Shown piece after piece: positions 38,801-51,300 of a stretch of DNA of 64,000 nucleotides. The stretch covers positions 41,850,001-41,914,000 of the forward strand of contig NC_043002.1 of the NCBI RefSeq assembly GCF_006345805.1, in the 5' to 3' direction. Position 1 is the stretch's first letter. Each line of letters opens with the position of its first letter. Origin of the DNA: Octopus sinensis (lineage: Eukaryota). The notes under the pieces were generated by a model. It was given only the letters and a program-made list of their open reading frames with translations, searched no databases and had not been told where the DNA came from. The position numbers and the translations under genes were made by a program.

Positions 38801-41182
38801 ACACAGCCATGTCTCCTACACACACACACAGATGGAACTTCATCGGTTATGACAAGTTTTCCAGTTGACCTGACCAATGAAACAGCCTGCTCATGAAATT
38901 AATGTGCAAGTGGTTGAGCACTCCACAGACATGTGTACCCTTGACATAGATCTCAGGAAGATTCAGTATGACACAGTATGTGACAAGGTTGACCCTGTAA
39001 ATTACAGGTACAACTACTTTTTACCAGCTGAATGCACTGGAGCAATTTGAGATAAAGTAATTTGCTCAGGAGACACAACATGCCATTGGGTATTGATCTC
39101 ATGACCTTATCATCATGAGCTGAAGAATGTCCTAAACACTAAACCATATTTATACACCGTTTCCTTTCCCCCTTTCATTACTCTTTACTCTTTTTACTCT
39201 TTTACTTGTTTCAGTCATTTGACTGCGGCCATACTGGAGCATCGCCTTTAGTCGAGCAAATCGACCCCGGGACTTATTCTTTGTAAGCCCAGTACTTATT
39301 CTATCGGTCTCTTTTGCCGAACTGCTAAGTGACGGGGATGTAAACACACCAGCATCAGTTGTCAAGCAATGCTAGGGGGACCAAACACAGACACACAAAC
39401 ATATACATATATACGACAGGCTTCTTTCAGTTTTCATCTACCAAATCCACTCACAAGGCATTGGTCAGCCCGAGGCTATAGCAGAAGACACTTGCCCAAG
39501 ATACCACGCAGTGGGACTGAACCTGGAACCATGTGGTTGGTAAGCAAGCTACTTACCACACAGCCACTCCTCCCTTTATAGTAGTGTGTGACCATTCTGT
39601 TTTCTTCTTTCACCCATCCTCTTTTTGCTCAACCACTTCATTGATCTACCATGGTTTCTTTGGCTCCTGCCTGTGCCATTACTTCAGGCCCTGGTTCATC
39701 TTAGTTTACCTTTCTTTCCATCTTATCTTTCTATCTCTCTACTTTCCTTCTGAAGTCCTCCTATAGGAGTACTTCCTTCTCTATTAACATTACTGTTGTG
39801 CATATCTTGTCTTAATGTTGTCTTATCTACTTGTCTCATTCTACTCTTTATGCCCTCTCTCTTATCCCAGCAGCATTTTGTTGTTGATATCACCAAAATG
39901 ATCAATGTTATTTACTTTGTTTTCTCATGTATTTCACATGTTCCCTTGCCATCTTTCTGTGCAATTTTTCACTCATATAGTAGTAAGGAGTTTTATCAAA
40001 GAGATTTTCCCCACATGGTGAGTTGGAGTAAAAAGAATATATAACAAAAGAAGAAAAACGCACACAATTTATGTATAATTTTGTAAGATAGAATATTTAT
40101 ATAGTCTGCCAGTTTTGCTAATCTTGTCTAAGAAATTGGTGAAAATATTGCATTTTTGTAGTATCTCTAGGACTTTTTAGTCCATGTTGGTTCCATGAGA
40201 GTTATTCTCCTGACGGTTTAAGACAACATCTATTTAAATTAACTATGTAACTTAATTATGTAATCATTATAAACAATAATGTTTATTGCCAACGAAACAG
40301 CTGTTGAGCATAATTAAATTATGAATTATATGTGAAATTTATGCTTTTCTGCTTTTCATTCTAAACTTGTTGTTCTAAATTATCTTTATTAACCAGTTCT
40401 GTGTATACAATGCAAGTTTGTTCCACCTGGATTTACTGCATTGTAATAAAGTACTGGAGTTTAATAACCTATTATTAATTGAGCTCTTAATTAATGTATA
40501 TTTTTTGATACTCATACATCAATCACCCTCTCCTCTCTCTCTTGTACGTCTATATACATATAAGACATATACATATATACATACATATTAAGCTAGGTAG
40601 ACTGACAGTCTAATATACTAGATCAGATTTACAAGTTTAATACACAAATTACTAGCATTAATATAGATAACACAGACTAGTAATGGCAATATGTGGATCC
40701 TATGAAGGAAATAAATTGCAATAAAACCAAAATAATGACCACAATGTCCACATATCCACACCATCTTATCTGCTAACGCTATAAATTAAATCTAGTGCAA
40801 TTGACAGCACAATAGAAAATAATGTATTAACAAAAATTCACACACATGCGTATGCACACAGTTGGATACTGATTACCATACAGACATATCAGCACTGTAG
40901 CTACACACACACACATCATATATATATATATATATGTATGTGTGCCTATTTACATTTATAGAATCGGCATCATCACCAACAACAACAGCCGGTTTATAAA
41001 AGACCAAACACTGAGAGATCAAAACTGTCGGTGAAAGAAAACTAATTAAGAAGCTTACAGACGTGTACGAATTTGATAAATCTGTCAGTTGATAAGGAAG
41101 TGAGCTATAACCAGTGTGTATGTTGTTATTGGCAGAATAATCCCTGCAAAATACCATGATGTGTGTGTATGTGTATATGTAC

Positions 41183-41216
<34 letters not shown>

Positions 41217-44200
41217 GTTTTAAATGTTTCAGTCATTAGATTGATGCCATGCTGGAGCACTGCCTTGAAGGATTTAGTTAAACAAATTGAACCCCAGCAC
41301 TAACCTTTTTTTAAAGCCTGGTACTTATTCTAATTCTGTCAGTCTCTTTTTGCTGAACTCTTAAGTTGTCAAGCAGTTGTAAAACACACACACACACATA
41401 TATATATATATATTGATGGCAATTATATATACACGCAAAAATGAAACTATCACTGACATCTCAATTTAACAGATATATTTACCAAAATTACATAGAAATA
41501 TCTTGAAAGACTAAAAGAGTAAATTTATTCAATAAAATCGCCATTGGCTTCAACCATGGCCTCCAGATGACTTTGGAATCTCCTGCAACTCTTCTGGACG
41601 GTCTTGTTTAAGTTGGTGTATGCTGCTATAATCCTTACCTTCAGTTCATTTTTGGTGTTACAAGGAGTTATGCTGGTCTCTTGCTCAACTGCACTCCACA
41701 CATAATATTCAAGGGGGTTGCAGTCTGTAGAGTTAGGTGTCCGAATGTTAGGGGTGACGTAGTTATAAAAATTGTTTGACAGTTGTGCTTGGGTTCTGCT
41801 GCTTGTGTGGCATAGTGTAGAGTCCTGTTGACAGACACAGAGTCTTCCAGCAGTCACCCTGTTGTTCCAAGGCAGCACTGCCTCCTCCAGGCACTTGATT
41901 TAACCCTTTGGTATTTAAACCGGCCATATCCGGCCAAAATAGTTAATCTGTTTTATGTTCAAACTGACCAGATCCAGGCTCTTGCACCTACCCTGCAATG
42001 TTATTCTACATTAAGTAATTACACCATCAAGATCTTGAAGACATGAGATAATGCATGATTAATTCAAATCAATGGGAATCAATAGGCATTATGTTTGATT
42101 GAATAATCTGAACACTAAAGGGTTAAGCCTCCATGTTGAGTCTGAGGAAAGATGAATGGAGGCATAACGTCACCATCACTAGTGGTCACTCCAAACACCG
42201 TGATGTTGACTGGATGTTTGATTCTTATCACTCCTCAGATTGACATCCAAACACTCTGAAATATTCATATTGGAGCTTCTTGTGGGAGTGCCAAGCAGTA
42301 CATCATGTCATTTCCAAATTTCTGGCAGAGTGAATTGCATCATGGTGCTGTTTTTCTCACAGACACAAGGACACACGCATAAATATACATATATATGACA
42401 AGGTTTATTTCAGTTTCCGTCTAGCAATCTTCTCACAAGTCTTTGGTCAGTCTGAGGCTATAATAGAATCCACTTCCCCAAGGTATTGTATAGTGGGACT
42501 GAACCTGGAACCATGTGGTTGGGAAGCAAACTTCTTGCCACACTGCCACACCTGCACCTGTGCAATATGAGGGAAATTTGGCTGCTATTTCTAACAGTTT
42601 GAGCAACCATATAGAAACTTTCTTGTTAGTACTTTGTTTATCGTGGTAATTAAAAGTTTTATTCTTTTATACTTTTAATTGTTTCAGTCATTTGACTTTG
42701 GCCATGCTGGAGCACTGCCTTAAAGGGTTTTTTTAGTCAAAGAAATCAACCCCAAGACTTATTCTTTGTAAGTCTAGTACTTATTGTATTGGTCTGTTTT
42801 GCCAAACCATTAACCTATAGGGACGCAAACACCAACATTAGTTGTGAAGTGATGGAGTGGGGGGGAAGCAAACATAGACAGGAAGACACACACATAAATA
42901 TATACAATGGGCTTCTTTCAGTTTCTACTCACTTGGCCATGGTAACACGCCATGGGACTGAACCCAGAACCATGTGTTTGGGAAGCAAGCTTCTTATTTC
43001 TTTACTGCCCACAAGGGGCTACATACAGAAGGGGACAAATAAGAACAGACAAACGGATTAGATTGTTTATATCGACCCCAGTGCAAATTGACCTCGAAAG
43101 GATGAAAGGCAAAGTCAACCTCGGCGGAATTTGAACTCAGAACATAGTAGCAGGCGAAATGCCGCTAAGCATTTCGCCCAGCATGCTAATGCTTCTGCCA
43201 ACTCGCCGCCTTCTTAACGAGACCTGTGCTGTGGAAGTATCTATTAAAAGAAATATTGAATTAATGGGATCACGAGTTCATACCCAATACAAATGTATTG
43301 TGCATGTGTGCAAGGGAGTAAGGCTTTATACCAGGGGTGGGGAAACCACTGCCTATGGGCGCTATTGTGCCCACAGGCTGATATATTCATATGTACAAAA
43401 TATAGTACATTTTTTAATCAAAATTTATACAATATTCGTATGCGTATTTGCAACATAGGTCGTGTTTCCACTACGACTTAAAATGGTTAGAAATTGTCCG
43501 GTAATTGCTATTTGAATGGAAATTTTGTATCCACTATAAAACACATATTCCTAGGTTTATACTACCCCCTAGAAACTCAACTACACTTTAGCTGAAAAAA
43601 TAGAAAACGTCATAAGTAATATAAACGTCCTAAATTCAGTGCCGGCGTTAATGAAGATGTTACACGTTAATTTATTGTGTTAAACTTATCTTTATTAATG
43701 TATATCAAATTATATATAGATATATACAAGATTTACACAGATATAAGAGTTTGAACCTGTGATCTGCCTGCGAACCTCTTTCTTAGAAAACTTTTTGCCC
43801 GCCGCTCTAAAAAGTTTCCCCACCCCTGCATTATACATTGTTTTTAGCAAGTTTGGAGAGGGTCTATACAAGGTGTTGACAAACTTTCTCATCCATTTTA
43901 CTCCTTCATCATATCCAGGGCAGCCTTGTCACATTTTGTGTCATGCTGAATCTCCCTAAGAACTACGTTTAGGGTGTGCTCAGCCACTTGCACAAAATGC
44001 TCAACCACTTACTTGCACATTAATTTCATGTACTACCTGTTCTGTTGATTGGATCACCTGGAGCCCTCATCTATGTAACTGTGTATTTTCTACAGAAATA
44101 TGGTAACAAAAGGGTTCAAAGATTTCCCTCTCACAGCAGTCAACTTTGCCTCATCCTCCAAGGTTCGGTTGACTAAGTAACCAGTGAAGTACTGAAATGA

Positions 44201-45440
44201 ATATAAACCACTGTTCTCTCACTCAAATATCAGGCCTTGTGTCTTAGTATAACACCAGTTTCATTTAATTTTACGTCACATTTTTAATGAAATGAATTAG
44301 CTTAGCTTTTTCTAACAAGTAACTCAATTATAGTACATTTTCACAGTGGCACCTTACCTATGTATCAAGCGTAGTTGAGAATCCTACCCGAAATTTGTTT
44401 CCGGTTATAAACATTTCTAAAATCAAATACATACAACGATAAGTGGATGGAAACAGCAAAAGGCTTTCCACACACTTTCTAGACAACACGAGTTGCGGGC
44501 AATTGGTTGTTATTACTACAAATTCCCAAACTTTTTTTACAAATTTGTCCCCTCTGAGAACTCCTGGTCTACAGTTACTTGACCTCTCATAAATTGCGGC
44601 CTTAATTTCTCTCAAAACATACCTTGCTGTTTTAGAAAAATTGGAAGACTCATTATATTGTGTTGTTCTCGATATACAATGCCTTACAAAACACGGAAGG
44701 AATGATTACGTTTTTGAATACTTTATATATGTATGTATGTATGTGGTGTGTGTGTGTGCTTTCGGTGCGAATGGTTTATTACGGCGTCGTGATTTACAAT
44801 CCTGTAAATAATAATAATGGTATTAACGAGGTCGACTTTGCCTTTCATCCTTTCGGGGTCGATAAATTAAGTACCAGTTACGCACTGGGGTCGATGTAAT
44901 CGACTTAATACCTATGTCTGTCCTTATTTGTCCCCTCTATGTTTAGCCCCTTGTGGGTAATAAAGAAATAGATATTTTTTATATATCAGCTTAAAGCTTA
45001 TGGCATATATATACATATATATGTATCTCCTCACTCGTATCTAGACTGTGGTTAAAAACTGTAAGAAAAACAGTAACGGGAAAAAAGAGAGCACGTGTGA
45101 CACACGTACAAACATGCGTGTATGTAAACAAGAGGTACACACACACAAGCACATGCAATATCCTCTCGCTTAAATGGCAAGGGACGCAACTCCACCGAGA
45201 CTATTGTTTCTAGTCTGTACACATTAGTGTCTGCGTGTTTGGAGAGAGAGAGAGAGAGAGAGACTGTGTGTGTACGTGCATTAACGCCTGTTCTGATCAG
45301 TCAGGGCTTAAATACCTAGACATTCCCTAGTGGCATCAATGCTACTTGGTATTATAAGAAAACACTGATAAAAACTGGAATGTGTTGAAACCATTTGTAA
45401 ATGTCTTTTTGACAGTTGCTAAAAAGGAATTTCTCCCAGC

Positions 45441-45486
<46 letters not shown>

Positions 45487-45791
45487 TATATATATATATA
45501 TACACATATATATATATATGGTGTGTGTGTGTGTGTATGATGTATATATATATATATATATGTATATTATATGTATGTGTATATATATATATGTATGTGT
45601 ATATATATGTATATATATATGTATGTGTATATATATATGTATATATATATATACATATGTATATGTATATATATATGTATGTGTATATATATATGTATAT
45701 ATATACATATGTATATGTATATATATATGTATATGTATATATATATGTATGTGTATATATATATGTATATATATATATATATATACATATG

Positions 45792-45832
<41 letters not shown>

Positions 45833-47849
45833 TGTATAAGTAAACTAATAGATAGTGAGTGCGTGTGTATGTCTGTAGAGAAAGGGGTTGTTGACTCAAA
45901 CTACTGAAGTTAATAGTGTGTAACCCCACCCAATACCTCAACTATTTAAGTGTATATTTTCTAATCCAAACTATTCTACTTTATTTATGAATTTACTTAT
46001 AATTTCGTGAAATAGATTTGAATCTTTTGGCAGGTATTGAGAAATGCAGCAAGAATTCCTTCCAGTGTACATCAGGAAAATGTATTGGTGCCAATAAACT
46101 TTGCAATGGACTCTCCGAATGTAAAGATGGCTCTGATGAAATGCATTGTAGTACGTATATATATATATTTTTTTATTATTGAAACTTGTTTCTGTTATCT
46201 TTTATCTTGTTTCAGTCATTTGACTGCTGCCATACTGGGGCACCACCTTGAAGGGTTTTAATCAAACAAATCAATCCCAGGACTTTCTTATGCCTAGTAC
46301 TTATTCTACTGGTCTCTTTTGCCGAACCGCCAGGTTATAGGGACATAAACACACCAACACTGGATGTTAAGCAGTGGTGAGAGACAGACACAAAGACACA
46401 CACACACATATATATATATACCATGGGTTGGATTAGGCAGTGGAGTAAAGGCAGTTTTTAAGATCTTTTGCAAGACCTCCCCATGTTGTTTGCGAGATGA
46501 AAGAGGTGAAACAATTACAGATCATGAGTTATCTTTTGGGAGATCTGGACCAGATGCTTGCTATAGAATGAATGAAAAAAAACTCTTCTAAAAGCACCCA
46601 AGGGCGGGCCAGATGGTAATGTTAAATAGGGAACAGAGGAGCAGATTAAATTTACAGTCAGTCCAAGAACAGCAAAACTGCAATCTAAGTAACACCAAGT
46701 GTCAAGTGGTGGTGAAGGACAAATACAACATAAACACAAAGACACACTGAATGAATCGCACCCCCAGTCCTTACATAAATTCATTTCTTAATCCTGACAC
46801 TTATGCTATCAGTTCGTTTTGCCAAACCACTAAGTTACAGAGACATAAACACAACAACACTGGTTGTCAATCAATGGTGGGGGACAAACTCAGGCGGGAA
46901 GACACACATACATGGAACAGGCTTCTTCCAGTTTACGTCTACCAAATCTGCTCACAAGGCTTTGCTCAGCCTGAGGTTATAATTGAAGACAGTTGCCCAA
47001 AGTGCTATGCAGTGGGACTGAACCCAACACTATGTGGTTGAGAAGCAAGCTTCTTATTTCTTTATTGCCCACAAGGAGCTAAACACAGGGGGACAAACAA
47101 GGACAGACAAAGGGATTAAGTCGATTACATCAACCCCATTGCATAATTGGTACTTAATTTATTGACCCTGAAAGGATGAAAGGCAAAGTCAGCCTTTGTG
47201 GAATTTGAACTCAGAACATAAAGACAGACTAAAAAGCATTTTACTCAGCGTGCTAACGTTTCTGCCAACTTGCTGCAAGCTTCTTACCACACAGCCACAC
47301 CTGCACCTATCTTAAAAAAGTTTATTTACTTCCATTTTCTTTCAGTTACGATATGAAGGGGTGTGATGATATTAGGAATTTACATTAACACAACATAAAC
47401 ACATATGTACTTATATAGCTGTGTGGGCATATGAGTCTGTGTAAATGTTTACATTTGCACCTTTTCCAAACATTCCTGAGCTATAAGCATCTCAACCACA
47501 GAGCCACACCTGTGCCTATATGTGTGTGTGTATTTATCATCATCATCATCATCATTGTTGTTGTTTGATATTCATTTTCCATGCTGGTATGGGTTGGACA
47601 GTTTGACAGGAGCTGGAGAGCTGTCGAGGCTCTAATTGTCTGTTTTGACATGGCTTCTTCTGCTGGATGTCCTTCCTAATGCCAACCACTTTACAGAGTG
47701 TGGTGGGTGATTTTTACAGGCCACCAGCATGGGTGCATTTACGTGACATTAACACAAATGCATTTTCCGTGGCACTGGCACCTGCAAGGCAAAGACCTTT
47801 CGGCTGAGAGAGGAAGTGGGGGCATGACCATAAAGGACATATATATATA

Positions 47850-47892
<43 letters not shown>

Positions 47893-48310
47893 ATGTATGT
47901 ATATTTTAACAAAGTAAACACCAGTACACCTCATGTATAAATCAAGGGTAGGATAGAAAGAACACAACAAACAGAAATCAAAAAAAAAAAAAACATGCAG
48001 AAAAATAGGCAATAACAGGACAAAAACAAGATACACGAATCATTCCTCTTCAGTCAGTGTCCAGAAAGTCCTTGCAGTTTCTTACTTTTTTATCCCTGAG
48101 ACCGCTCGAATCCAGCAAGTGCTAGAGACTTAAGCTAAAAGCAGGAAGCCACTGGGAAAAGCAAATGAATGCATGTAAGAATGTAAACAAAAATGGAAAC
48201 AAAAGCAAGAACGCTAGAATTATACACATACAACAGATGAATGCCTTTCAGCTATACAACAGAAGGAAAATAATTGTACATTTACAAATACAAATATATT
48301 TACAAATCGA

Positions 48311-48353
<43 letters not shown>

Positions 48354-51300
48354 CCTAAGTTGAACCCCTTATTCGCATAACTACCGAACCTGAAACTTAA
48401 CTATGGTCTATCCATACCACTTATTCAGCATTACCTGACACCTTTGGGTCTCGCTGACACCATTACCTCTCATAACCTCCTATATATATATATATATATA
48501 TATACTCTCTACTTTTGCTCTTTTACTTGTTTCAGTCATGTGGCTGCGGCCATGCTGGAGCACCGCCTTTAGTTGAGCAAATCAACACCAGGACTTATTC
48601 TTTGAAAGCCTAATACTTATTCTATCGGTCTCTTTTGCCGAACCACTAAGTTACGGGGATGTAAACACACCAGCATCGGTTGTCAAGCGATGTTTGGAGG
48701 ACAAATACAGACACACACACATACATATATATATATACACACATATATATACTACGGGCTTCTTTCAGTTTCTGTCTACCAAATCAACTCACAAGGCTTT
48801 GGTCGGCCTGAGACTATAGTAGAAGACACTTGTCCAAGGTGCCACGCACTGGGACTGAACCCGGAACCATGTGTTTGTGTTTGCATGTTTTTGCTTCTTA
48901 ACCACATGGTTTTAGACTCGAGCAAGTAAGTATCTTTTACTTTAGTTACAGGTTGACCAAAGCCCTGTGAATGGATTTGGTTGACAGAAACTGAAAGAAA
49001 CTTGTTTTGTGTATTGTGTGTATGTTTGTATATATATATATCTATCTGTGTGTATGTATATGTATGTATGCATGTATGTATAATTCATTTAATGTCCGCT
49101 TTCTATACTCGCATGTGTTGGTCAGTTTAACAAGGAAATAGTGAGCTGCAGAGTTGTGTCGAATTCCAGTATTACCTTTGGCAAGGTGTTTTACTGTTGG
49201 ATGCCCTTCCTAATGCCAACCACTTTACAGAGTGTACTGGGTGCCTTCTTTTTCCATGCCATCCACACACTAGTGCAGTTGCCATGTGACTTGTAAGACA
49301 GTAAAGAACAGGAAAATGAAAGGGAAAATGCTCCCACAATTTATTTGGAAGAAGTATTTAGGAAGAGAAGGTGGAGATGGGTGGCTTTATGCCAGTTAGG
49401 AAAACGTGTTTGTGTGTGTGTGTGTGTATGTTACTATCTCCTTGCTTTGATGTCATGCTGATCATTTGATAATGACGAAAACAATGGTTTTATTATTTTG
49501 TTAGAACTTGAAATTTTTTTTTTTTCCATTTTCTGAAAATCTTCATCATCATCATCATCATTGCAAAGCAAAGCAAGAATTTAACATGTTTTAAATTAAT
49601 CAAAAAAAATTTCTTTTTTCTTTAATGCTAGCAAGTGTTCAATGAGTCTTCCTGATCAGTTCTTATCGTCCGGCTTCCAAATTCTTCCAGTTCCGCTTCC
49701 GTAACCTTTTACTGTTACACCACCATCATGGCTTCTCTCAACTTAGTCACCATGTTTGATTATATATTTCCATCCTGTTTCTCTACAGGCATTTCTTTCT
49801 CGCTCATCCATTCTTTTGCTTCTTAACACTATTTCTCCTCATGTTTCGTTTCTTTTTAATTTGCCTTTTATTTTTCTTGTCTTTCTTTCACTTGAGGGAG
49901 CTTCCCCTTTCTCCTCCTCCACCACCACCTCTCTATTTACCAAGTGTCAGCTGTCACAGAAGTTCATGTTCAACTTCTTCGCCTTCCACCCCATCTGCAA
50001 CTTCACTTTGTAATGTCATGGGTGTCTAAATATTCTTCTCCACATCTCTGATTGGTAATGACGATAGTAGAAGTGGTGGCTGCAATGCTGAGAGTGATGT
50101 TGGAACTTAGAGCTTGTGGTAGACAATTCACTTTTGCCTCCGTCATCACTCTATAATCATTCTACTTTAATCTTTACTATTATGTGTATGTGTGTGTATG
50201 CACAGACACTGAGTTTCAATTTGACCGCACTGCATTGCAACTCTAGGCTTGAGTTAGCCTAAGTTATAATTCAAGAAACTTCAACCAGCTACTGTTGTGG
50301 CTGCTACTACTACTACTAATCCTTTCTATAATCTCTTCGTCTCTCTGGCTAGATCCTAATATTTCTCAACTTTTTTTAATGTCTTCTTCTTCTCATTATT
50401 ATTATTATTAGTTTTGGTGGAATCGTTAGCATGTCAGGCAAAATGCTTAGCAGATCTTTACATTCTGAGTTCAAATTCCACCAAGAACAACTTTACCTTT
50501 CGTCTTTTTGGAGTTGATGAAATAAGTACCAGTTAAGCATGGGGGGGGGATGTAATTGACTCATGACCTCTCCCGAACTTGCTGGCCTTGTGCCAAAATT
50601 TGAAACCATTATTATTATCATTATTAAGGCGGTGAGCTGGTAGAATCATTAGCATGCTGGATGAAATGCTTAGTGGCATTTGTCCTTCACTCTGAGTTCA
50701 AATCTGTCCTTCATTCTGAGTTCAAATATGTCCTTCACTCTCAGTTCAAATCTGACCTTCATTTTGATTTCAAATTCTGCCAAAGTTTACTTTGTCTTTC
50801 ATCCTTCGGGGGTTGATGAAATAATTATTTGTTGAGTACTGGGGTAAAATGAAGTGGGTGTGGCTTATATGTATACATAATTTTTTTTTTCCTCTGCAAA
50901 TAAAAATTATTTACGTCTATTTTTACAGATTTACCTCCTAGCTGCCGTGAAAATAAAGGAGGTTGTAGTCACTTGTGTCTACAAACATCAAGAGGAGCTC
51001 GTTGTAGCTGCAACTTTGGTTATATATTACAGAGAGATGGTAAAACATGTGAAGGTACATAAAAGAATTCAGATCTACCTTTCCAGTGCTATGCAAGCAC
51101 AATTTTTTCTATTCATTTTTTTTTTGTTCTCCGTTTGTTTTATATATATATTGAGTTGGTGCATAATTATTGTGGCTTTTTTCAACAAATTTTATTCAAT
51201 AAAAACAATAACAATATTTAACAAAACATCTTTAAATGATGGTCTGACCATCTGCCAAGCAAATGGGGAGCAGTAATTGAAGTAGATGGTGAATATGCTC

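Noticed and set aside
45340-45350. Mini first exon ATGCTACTTG|GTATTA splicing in frame to LA8
   Set aside because: The donor is weak, there is no signal peptide, and such a match is easily found by chance; only the general internal-promoter idea was kept.
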